From assembly GCF_006345805.1 (NCBI RefSeq), contig NW_021824807.1, forward strand, positions 1 to 17,281: a stretch of DNA of 17,281 nt. Reading direction: 5' to 3'. This stretch comes from Octopus sinensis. Taxonomy: Eukaryota. Below are positions 9,145-17,281 of the stretch, piece after piece. The notes under the pieces are model-generated. The model did no database searches and was not told the origin of the DNA. It saw only the letters and a program-made list of their open reading frames with translations. The position numbers and the translations under genes are program-made. The stretch's first letter is position 1; every line of letters starts with the position of its first letter.

Positions 9145-9408
9145 CATACACTCATACATACATACATACATACATACATCATACATACATACACACACAT
9201 ACACACACACATACATACATACACACACATACATACATACCACATACATACATACATACATATACATACATATACACATACACACATACACACACACACA
9301 GTATTGAAGCTTGAGAACAATCAGATACATTTGCAACACATCTGTTGAAAATATTATTGTTCACACACATGCACTATACATATATACATACAGACAGACA
9401 GACAGATA

Positions 9409-9441
<33 letters not shown>
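9145..9441. repeat. (CATA)n/(CA)n/(CAGA)n microsatellites
   Basis: Direct reading. Confidence 0.9.
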
Positions 9442-9444
<3 letters not shown>

Positions 9445-9573
9445 ATCCAGCATGGCCACAACCTCAAGGCTGAAACGTATAAAACAATAACAGAATATAA
9501 ATGTGTGCATGTTGTGAGAGGAGAGAGTGGAGTGTGTATATGTATGTATGTATGTATGTATGTATATATATAT

Positions 9574-10158
9574 AATAATGCGGTTTTTTCAACAGCTTGA
9601 ACTAAATGTCAGAGGGGAATGGGATAAACTACTTATATTAACTTGCTATAAAAGCAGGTAGTAATTTTTCTTGTCCTTATTCATAGTGCAAGTTTTGAAG
9701 AGTGCATTTCGATTTTAACAGCTATTTTTTTCAAAGCTATATTGGAAGTAACAAAGGAGCATATTTGGCATATTTTGCTTTATGAGTTCAATAAAGACAA
9801 CAACGCAACGGAAAGTACAAGAATATTAATGCAGTATATGGGGATTAGACAATAAGCGTAAGGCAGTGTCAATGGTGGTTCCAGAAATTCCGAGCATAAA
9901 CTACAGCCTAGAAGACGAGCCTCATCCTGAAAGATCTGTAGAACTCGACAAGGACATCCTGAAAACCCTGGTGGAACAAAATCTCATCGTAACTGTTGAG
10001 GAACTAGCAGAGAAGCTTGGATTTGGTCATTCAACCATTCATTGAGACCTGTGTGCTATCGGAAAAGTCAGCAAATTGGGTCAATGGGTTCCTCACGAAC
10101 TTCCGAGTCTAATTGCATGCAGAGAGTGAATGTATGTTTTCTTTGCCATCACATCTCA
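9574..10158 (+). mobile_element. 3'-truncated mariner element with decayed transposase
   Basis: From 9742 the translation is EVTKEHIWHILLYEFNKDNNATES..INAVYGD*TISVRQCQWWFQKFR..SLEDEPHPERS...EELAEKLGFGHSTIH*DL..GKVSKLGQWVPHEL. WVPHEL lies at 10085-10102. There are stops and frameshifts, and the DDD domain is absent. Confidence 0.92.
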
Positions 10159-10178
10159 CCACTACTGCGCTATGTATA

Positions 10179-10814
10179 TCTATATATAAAACTGTAGTTG
10201 TGTGAGTGTCTGTCCCCTTCGATTTAGATTCCTAACTACTCCCACATTTTGCGGTGCAGTTTAACCAAATTCGGGTAGCTATAGTCGTGATTCATATCGA
10301 GCCCGTCTGAGTATTAGCGCGCGTCTACGATGAGTCTACGATTTTAAAAATAATTTAACATCATTTTTTATTCCATTTTAATGCATAATTTTTCGTGTGT
10401 CGATGGCGGCGGAGTTGGCGTCCACGCTCACACCTGCACCTGTGGGGAAGGGAGTGTAAGGAAATCAACGTCGTAATGCGTTGTCAAGGAGACCAGCGTT
10501 CTTTTAGAACAACGACTTCATGGCTTGAAGACACCAAAACAGAAATGGCTAAGAAAGCGTCTACATGAGTCTACGATTTTAAAAAAAAATTTACCATCGT
10601 TTTTTTTTCCATTTTAATGCATTTTTCGCTATTATATAAGGGAAGTAAGAACTCTAAAAATGTCTCTACGATGAGTCAACGATTTAAAAAAAAATTTACC
10701 ATCATATTTTTTCCATTTTAATGCATTTTTTGCTATTTTTTGGCTATAATCTCTAAAAATGCTTATATAGTTATTTCCCTTACAAACCCGAGCAACGCCG
10801 GGCGATACTGCTAG
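10179..10814 (+). mobile_element. Complete non-autonomous Helitron-like element (636 bp)
   Basis: 5' end A|TCTATATATAAAA. 3' hairpin CCCG-AGCAACGC-CGGG (10787-10802), then CTAG (10811-10814)|T. Insertion is between A and T with no TSD. Three internal ~70-bp repeats. Confidence 0.8.
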
Positions 10815-10847
10815 TACATAAATAAATTATATGTATATATAATATAT

Positions 10848-10881
<34 letters not shown>

Positions 10882-11308
10882 ATATATGTTATTAGATATA
10901 TTATTTATGTATATATATATATACATATATATATATGCACACATATATATATATATACACACATATTATATATATATATGTATAGATACATTATATATAT
11001 ATATATACATATATATACATATATATATACATATATATATATATACTATATATATACATATATATATACATATATATTACATATATACATACAGGATATA
11101 TACCATATATATACATACATAGATATATATACATATAACATACAATATTAAGACATATATATACATACATATATATATACATATATATACATATATATAT
11201 ACATATATTATATACATATATATATATATACATATATATATACATATATATATTATACATATATATATACATATATATATATACATATATATATACATAT
11301 ATATATAC

Positions 11309-11389
<81 letters not shown>

Positions 11390-11410
11390 ATTCACACACA
11401 CATCTTTATA

Positions 11411-11447
<37 letters not shown>
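10815..11447. repeat. Long imperfect (TA)n/(TATATAC) microsatellite
   Basis: Direct reading. Confidence 0.95.
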
Positions 11448-11450
<3 letters not shown>

Positions 11451-11861
11451 CAATTATCACAGTTAAAAGACCAATAAACTGTCGGACAAAACGGAATTGG
11501 AAAGCAGCTTAATTTGCATTGATTGCTTATTATTGATTATCGAATTAAAACATAATTGTTTCATGAATATTGGTATCTCCTCTCTCGCTTTTTATTTATT
11601 TATTTTATCCATTTATTTATTCCTTTATTTATTCATTTATATCTATAGTTATTTATTTTCTTACAAATCAGTTATTTGGCGGACCGCAAATTAGGTTTCT
11701 TCATTTTAATGAATGTATTTCTTCGTTGACATAGATTTAAATAATCGTATTTAAATCACTAGACAGATCAATTTACCCTCTCGTTTTTTTCTCTCTACCT
11801 TTTGTCTATCCATCCAGCCATACATCCAGCCATCCAGTCATACATTCATATATACATACAT

Positions 11862-11895
<34 letters not shown>

Positions 11896-12282
11896 TGGTA
11901 AGTAGCTTGCCTACCAACCACATGGTTCCGGGTTCAGTCCCACTGCGTGGCACCTTGGGAAAGTGTCTTCTACTATAGCCTCGGGCCGACCAAAGCCTTG
12001 TGAGTGGATTTGGTAGACGGAAACTGAAAGAAGCCTGTTGCGTATATGTATATATATATGTGTGTGTGCGTGTATGTTTGTGTGTCTGTGTCTGTCCCCC
12101 TAGCATTGCTTGACAACCGATGCTGGTGTGTTTCTGTCTCCGTCACTTAGCGGTTCGCCAAAAAGAGACCGATAGAATAAGTACTAGGCTTACAAAGAAT
12201 AAGTCCTGGGGTCGAGTTGCTCGACTAAAGGCGGTGCTCCAGCATGGCCGCAATCAAATGACTGAAACAAGTAAAAGAGTAA
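11896..12282 (+). mobile_element. tRNA-derived SINE, nearly full length (family copy 2)
   Basis: Aligns with the reverse complement of 7968-8360. It lacks about the first 20 nt of the head. Confidence 0.9.
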
Positions 12283-12324
12283 TACACACACCATATATAT
12301 ATAATGGAAAAATTATACGAAATA

Positions 12325-12490
12325 TATGAATAGATGCTGAGTAAAGCACCGGCACAGGTTTGGTTACCTGTTGTTATCCGTAGACTCACTCCAGAAACTT
12401 CGCTGTGCAACATTTTTATTGATGTACCCGAAGAGACCTTGAAGGACGGGTCGAAACATGTGTTGCACTCAATAAAGTCTATACACATTC
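12325..12490 (+). mobile_element. Candidate Penelope-like 3' end with hammerhead-like motif and AATAAA
   Basis: CCGAAGA-GACC..GGTC-GAAAC at 12428-12457, AATAAA at 12471-12476, and an upstream frame reading QVWLPVV. This is the usual arrangement of a PLE tail. Confidence 0.55.
12423..12466 (+). ncRNA. Hammerhead-like motif (U4C core, palindromic ACATGT stem III)
   Basis: CCGAAGA, stem II GACC/GGTC, GAAA, then ACATGT. Position 17 is G and stem I is poor. Confidence 0.5.
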
Positions 12491-12513
12491 AATTACTATT
12501 TTATTATACTATA

Positions 12514-12545
<32 letters not shown>

Positions 12546-12548
<3 letters not shown>

Positions 12549-12752
12549 TCTTTACCTCTTTACTCTTTTACTTGTTTTCAGTCATTGACTGCGGCCATGC
12601 TGGAGCACCGCCTTTAGTCGAGCAATCGACCCCGGGACTTATTCTTTGTAAGCCCAGTACTTATTCCATCGGTCTCTTTTTGCCGAACAGCTAAGTGACG
12701 GGGACATAAACACACCAGCATCGTTGTTAAGCAATGCTAGGGGGACAAACAC
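12546..12752 (-). mobile_element. 3' half of tRNA-derived SINE (family copy 3)
   Basis: Reverse complement of 12088-12282. It stops at the internal microsatellite position. Confidence 0.9.
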
Positions 12753-12753
12753 A

Positions 12754-12917
12754 TTCCCTTCTCTGGATCTTTCTTTTTTTTCCATGTTTCGACGAAGAGC
12801 TCCGCTCGAAACGTAAAATCCTCCTTCTTCCTTCCCTCCCCGAGCGTCCAATAGTACTATATTTGTTCCACGTCCTCGCGTTGTTTTTTCTCTCTTTGCG
12901 TTTTCATGTTTGGATTA

Positions 12918-12921
<4 letters not shown>
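12754..12921 (+). mobile_element. Penelope-like 3' tail ending at a (TA)n run
   Basis: Contains a hammerhead-like motif. Homologous to 8517-8658 and 12950-13033. Confidence 0.65.
12787..12818 (+). ncRNA. Minimal hammerhead-like motif, core one base short
   Basis: TTT-CGACGA-A-GAGC.TCC.GCTC-GAAA-CG-TA-AAA. Confidence 0.55.
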
Positions 12922-12949
<28 letters not shown>

Positions 12950-12954
<5 letters not shown>

Positions 12955-13033
12955 AATCCAAACGGGAAACAAAAAAACAACAACAATGGAACAATTACAG
13001 TATTATTATTAATAGGCGCTCAGGAAAAGGAAG
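12950..13033 (-). mobile_element. Related Penelope-like extreme 3' tail, inverted
   Basis: Its reverse complement, CTTCCTTTTCCTGAGCGCC...TTGTTCCA...GTTTGGATTAA, parallels 12827-12920. Confidence 0.6.
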
Positions 13034-13064
13034 TATGTATGTATGTATGTGTATATATATATAA

Positions 13065-13214
13065 CGCCATGATAGATCGTTAGCTCCTACACGTATTTTT
13101 TTTTCTCCTTGTTTTTTTTCTGTGTATCTTTCTGTCGAAGAGCGTAGGCTCGAAACGTAAAAGACTTGTTCTATTTCTATTCTTGAGCGCCATACTAATA
13201 CATTTGTTTGTTTG
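13065..13214 (+). mobile_element. Penelope-like tail fragment (family with GAGCGTAGGCTC stem)
   Basis: Homologous to the reverse complement of 16970-17116, which is physically joined to a PLE RT. Confidence 0.75.
13127..13164 (+). ncRNA. Minimal type I hammerhead-like motif with intact topology and A6U core variant
   Basis: Stem I TCTTT (13127-13131) pairs with AAAGA (13160-13164). Core CTGTCGA plus an extra A. Stem II GAGC-GTAG-GCTC. GAAA, palindromic ACGT, predicted cleavage after GTA (13159). Confidence 0.65.
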
Positions 13215-13419
13215 TGGTTGAAAATGCACCTGAATTTTAAAAATTTGTAATTGTTTTTAAATAAATTTATCTATATACATACAAAACTGGTTTCAACAAT
13301 TTTTTGCTTATCAATGGTATATATATATATATATAATAACAAATTAATAAATAAAACATACGCATATATACATACATATATGTATGTACCTACATCTATA
13401 TGTATATATACATGCATAT

Positions 13420-13535
13420 ATGGGTACAGGACACAAATAAAAAAAAGACGAACACAATGAGAAACGAAAACATAAACATAAAACCAAGGAAATGGACATT
13501 TTTCTTAAACAACGAAATAAAAAAATTATTACCTA
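13420..13535 (-). mobile_element. Possible further Penelope-like tail fragment
   Basis: T-rich minus-strand tail abutting a TA-rich repeat. The resemblance is from memory only. Confidence 0.25.
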
Positions 13536-13549
13536 CGTACCAATGCTTT

Positions 13550-13552
<3 letters not shown>

Positions 13553-13590
<38 letters not shown>

Positions 13591-13640
13591 TGATGATGAT
13601 GATGATGATGATGACGATGATCATGATGATGATGATGATT

Positions 13641-13689
<49 letters not shown>

Positions 13690-13930
13690 CGAGATCAGAT
13701 GATGATGATGATTATTATGATGATGATGATGATGATGATGACGATGAACGAAATGACGATGATCATATGATGATGATGATTATGATGATGATATGATGAT
13801 ATGATGATGATGATGACGATGACATGATCATGATGATGATGATGATTATGATGATGATGATGATGATGATGACGATGACGATGACGATGATCATGATGAT
13901 GATGATGATTATGATGATGATGATGATGAT
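13553..13930. repeat. (AAT)n then degenerate (GAT)n tract with recurring GACGATGATCATGAT..GATTAT units
   Basis: Direct reading. Confidence 0.9.
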
Positions 13931-13995
13931 ACTCTTTTCTACTAAAAGCACAAGGGCTGAAATACTGGTACTTAACTTATCGACCCCGAAAAGAT
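13931..13995 (-). mobile_element. Short SINE tail fragment
   Basis: ACTCTTTTCTACT..GCACAAGG...ACTGGTACTTAACTTATCGACCCCGAAA. The family is recalled from memory. Confidence 0.45.
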
Positions 13996-14009
13996 AATAA
14001 TGATAATTA

Positions 14010-14492
14010 TAATACCATTACAACAACTACTGCAACTACTACTACTACTACTACTGTTACTACTACTAATGTTACTACTATTACTACTACAACTACTACA
14101 ACTACTATTACTACTACTACTACTATTACTACTACTACTATTACTACTACTACTATTAATACTACTACTACTATTACTACTACTACTATTACTAGTATTA
14201 CGACTACTACTATTACTAGCATTACTACTACTATTACTACTATTACTACTATTACTACTACTATTACTACTACTATTACTATTACCACTACTATTACTAC
14301 TACTACAATTAGCACTACTGCTGCTACAGCTACTAGTAGTAGTAGTACTGCTACTGCTATTGCTACTACGATTTTTACTACTACTACTTCTACTAGCACT
14401 ACTAGCACTACTGCTGCTACTACTACTACTTCTACTTGTACCACTGCCGCTACTGCTATTGTCTACTACGATCTCTACCACTACCACTACAG
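14010..14492. repeat. Degenerate (CTA/TTA/CTG)n tract
   Basis: Direct reading. Confidence 0.9.
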
Positions 14493-14959
14493 CCGAAACA
14501 TCATCCTTCACTGTGTAGCTATCCATCTCTACCGTTTTTTTTTTTTAAGCACAGCAAACAACTGTTCATAAATTTATCCTCGCCCTGGGAATTGTCACAG
14601 AGTGACCACCACGTACGGAGATAATTATAAAACGAATTTATGGAACGACCATCGAAATAATAACACACACACATAGAAGATGCATAGATATTTAGATAGA
14701 GGCTAATATGATACACCATAATGCGATAAACTGTACAATAATATAATATAGCATAATATAATAATATATAATATGATATAGTGCATAATATGGCGGCCAG
14801 GGTGAGCCATAAAATGATTGTGATTGCCACTAAAGACGAGGGGAATTGATATATAACATGGCGTGTCCGGCTTGATAGCCATGTTTGGATGGCTTCCGAT
14901 GATGGTTGATTGGTTGTTTGATTCGGTCATGATATGTATATGGATGAGTGGCTGTGTTT

Positions 14960-15500
14960 GTGAGTGTGTGTGTGTGTGTTTGTGTGTAGATGTGCATCGG
15001 AATATATATATGTATATGTATATATGTATACATAGTATACGTATTGGTATGTATATATGTGTTTAAACAAATACATGCGTGTTTGTGAATTTGTATATAT
15101 ATGAGTGTGCGCGTTTATGTATATGTTTGTGTATGTGTGTGTGTGTGCGTGTATACCTCTACATATCTATGTGTGTGTGTGTGTCTGTCTGTCTGTATAT
15201 ACATTTCACGTACATATAGGTACACATATAATTCGATTGGTGCGCATACAAAAATATACATACACACACACATATATGTATACATATGTATGTATATGTA
15301 TATATATGCATATATGTATATACATATGTGCATGTATGTATATATATATACATAATAGATATACATATATATATATATATATATATACAATAGATATGTA
15401 TATTGTATAATATACACACACACACACACACACACACATACACACACACATATATATATATATATGCACAGACACACACTTACACACATACACTTACATA
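14960..15500. repeat. Mixed (TG)/(TA)/(CA) microsatellites
   Basis: Direct reading. Confidence 0.9.
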
Positions 15501-15902
15501 ACTGCGTGTAACTCTCCTCTGAAGTTCTCTGCAATTTCGTTATGGGGACAAGTTTATTAAAGCTCAGAACGGTAAAGAGAGAGAGCGCAAAGTGTAATTA
15601 TGTAAAACATGATGGAATTACGCCGTGTTTTATGCGCCTGTGTTCTTTGGTGAAGAATTCTGTGGTGCTGTGATGTCAAAGTGTCAAAGTGATTGAAGAG
15701 GTCGATGAAGAGAGGGCGGAGGTAAAATGGTAACAATTACCAAATATTCGGATTGAGTTTATATATCGCCTTTTTTGTTTCCATTCCCAGTTTCCCAAAG
15801 ATTTAGGTTCCTGGAACGAGCCTGCGAAACTTAAAGTGCCATGGTGCCGAATGACACTGTTTTAAAATCAATAACGATAATAATTATTATTATCATTATT
15901 AG

Positions 15903-16005
15903 TTCAATTTTTTTGTCACAAGGGCCGTGAGGATGAGTCGATTACATCGACTCCTCCCCACTATGGTACAAATAGGGGTGATAACGATTCTGCCAGCACA
16001 CCGCC

Positions 16006-16007
<2 letters not shown>
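15903..16007 (-). mobile_element. Internally deleted SINE remnant (head and tail only)
   Basis: Minus-strand head AAGGCGGTGTGCTGGCAGAATCGTTA (15982-16007) and tail motif AGTCGATTACATCGAC. Confidence 0.45.
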
Positions 16008-16066
<59 letters not shown>

Positions 16067-16307
16067 GCCATATCCTCATATCCTACGCAAAATACTTTCT
16101 ATGTAATCTCAAGGTTTAAAACAAACATAATTTTCGGTTAAAAAAAAAAACTTTTTTTAGACATTCATTAGTACAACACCCCCACCCCCCAAATATATGG
16201 CACACTAGGCATAACAACAACATGAACTTCCAACCCTGTTGTCTCTTGAGTTCTCTGGGTGAGACTTGGAGCCAACTTGTACAAATATAAAGCAAAAGTC
16301 AAACATA

Positions 16308-16361
<54 letters not shown>

Positions 16362-16365
16362 TAAT
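16008..16365. repeat. Two (AAT)n microsatellites (16008-16065 and 16308-16362)
   Basis: Direct reading. Confidence 0.9.
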
Positions 16366-16404
16366 ATACACATAAATGTATATCTTTAAGCAAGTATAAG
16401 TGTA

Positions 16405-16560
16405 TAAATGCGACGGTCTTCCACACAGTTTCCGTCAACTAAATTCACTCAGAAAAGCATTGGGCTACAAGAAAAAACACGTGTCCCGGGTAGAATCGCA
16501 CAAGTGGGAGCTAACTCGAAACAAGCTGGTTGCAAAGCGAGCTTCTTAACCACACAGCTA
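16405..16560 (-). mobile_element. Diverged 5' half of the tRNA-derived SINE family
   Basis: CGACGG..CAGTTTCCGTC..AAATTCACTCA...GCTTCTTAACCACACAGC aligns with 8217-8370. Confidence 0.7.
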
Positions 16561-16591
16561 TGTTCGATACATGAAACAATGAAAGCGGGTG

Positions 16592-16655
16592 GGCATAAAT
16601 CATGACGGTGTGGTAAGTGACTTGCTTCCCAACTGCATGGTTCCGGGTTCAGTCC
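16592..16655 (+). mobile_element. SINE tRNA-like head only
   Basis: GTGTGGTAAGTGACTTGCTTCCCAACTGCATGGTTCCGGGTTCAGTCC matches 11896-11940. Confidence 0.75.
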
Positions 16656-16925
16656 ATCAGCATCAGCAGCGTCAGCAGCAGTATCATCATCATCATCATC
16701 ATCAACACCCTCCACTAGCATTTTACACACCTCATACCTAAGAAATATAACAAGAATTTTTTTTTTTTCAGCTTATTGTACTTCGATATGGAAAAAGTCC
16801 TCAACCTTCTGCCTCAATAAACCACTATTGTCCCTGAAAGTTGTTATTTTATATGTACTACGGTTTGCTTGAAGCTAACTTTCTTCCTACATCTCGATCC
16901 TTGCATATATATATATATATATATA

Positions 16926-17116
16926 GGGGGAGAATTCACAAAAATTCACAAAAGACGAAGACAGATGGTGTAGAAAACAAACAGATGTATTAGTATAACG
17001 CTCGGAAATTGAAAAAGTCTTTTATGCTTCGAGCCAACGCTTTTCCACAGAAAGGAACACAGGAAGAAACAAGGAGAGAAAATAATGTGTGTGGTGGCTA
17101 CCGATCTATGATGGCG
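16926..17116 (-). mobile_element. Inverted Penelope pseudo-LTR/tail with degenerate hammerhead (17018-17055)
   Basis: The reverse complement matches 13065-13214. Motif: CCTTT-CTGTGGA-A-AAGC.GTTG.GCTC-GAAG-CATA-AAAGA. It ends at a (TA)n run. Confidence 0.75.
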
Positions 17117-17281
17117 CTCCCCCACCGCATCCAACCTAATTGCGCGAACCCACGTACCCCCACCATTTACTCTTCCTCCCAAATCCACAAACCCAACAAC
17201 CCTGGCCGCCCCATCGTCTCCGCCTGTAACTGCCCTACGGAGCTCATCTCTAAATACCTCGACCGTGTCCTTGCCCCCTAG
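17117..17281 (+). pseudogene. 5'-truncated Penelope-like reverse transcriptase, continuing past the window end
   Basis: PRTPTIYSSSQIHKPNNPGRPIVSACNCPTELISKYLDRVLAP matches the PLE RT motif PRxPxFYxLPKIHKxxxPGRPIVS. Confidence 0.9.

Noticed and set aside
9742-10158. Functional mariner transposase
   Set aside because: Start codon lost, in-frame stops, frameshifts, and the catalytic domain is missing.
10780-11356. Tyr/Ile-rich ORFs, also at 15101-15534, 9106-9370 and 5-323
   Set aside because: They are translations of TA/CA dinucleotide repeats.
13972-14526. Poly-Ser, poly-Leu and poly-Val ORFs
   Set aside because: They are different frames of the same (CTA)n tract.
15770-15850. Plus-strand exon after the TTCCATTCCCAG acceptor-like site
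   Set aside because: No convincing donor site or recognisable peptide.

Overview
Eukaryotic, repeat-dense, apparently non-coding (intronic or intergenic) window. The repeat families resemble those I recall from octopus genomes; this assignment is inference, not a search result. No intact protein-coding gene is supported. Nearly all long ORFs in the track come from trinucleotide or dinucleotide repeats. The recognisable content is: large simple-sequence tracts; several tRNA-derived SINE copies; a composite retroposon carrying a structured ~65-bp repeat array; decayed mariner and RTE-LINE coding fragments; a complete short non-autonomous Helitron-like element; and many Penelope-like element (PLE) pieces. 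The PLE pieces are an N-terminal ORF remnant between direct repeats, an RT fragment with an inverted tail at the window end, and several 3' tails. Five PLE tails carry minimal hammerhead-ribozyme-like motifs. Three of these lie on the same strand within ~750 bp, and one sits inside the loop of an inverted SINE pair. These hammerheads and the repeat array at 1371-1715 are the features most worth following up.
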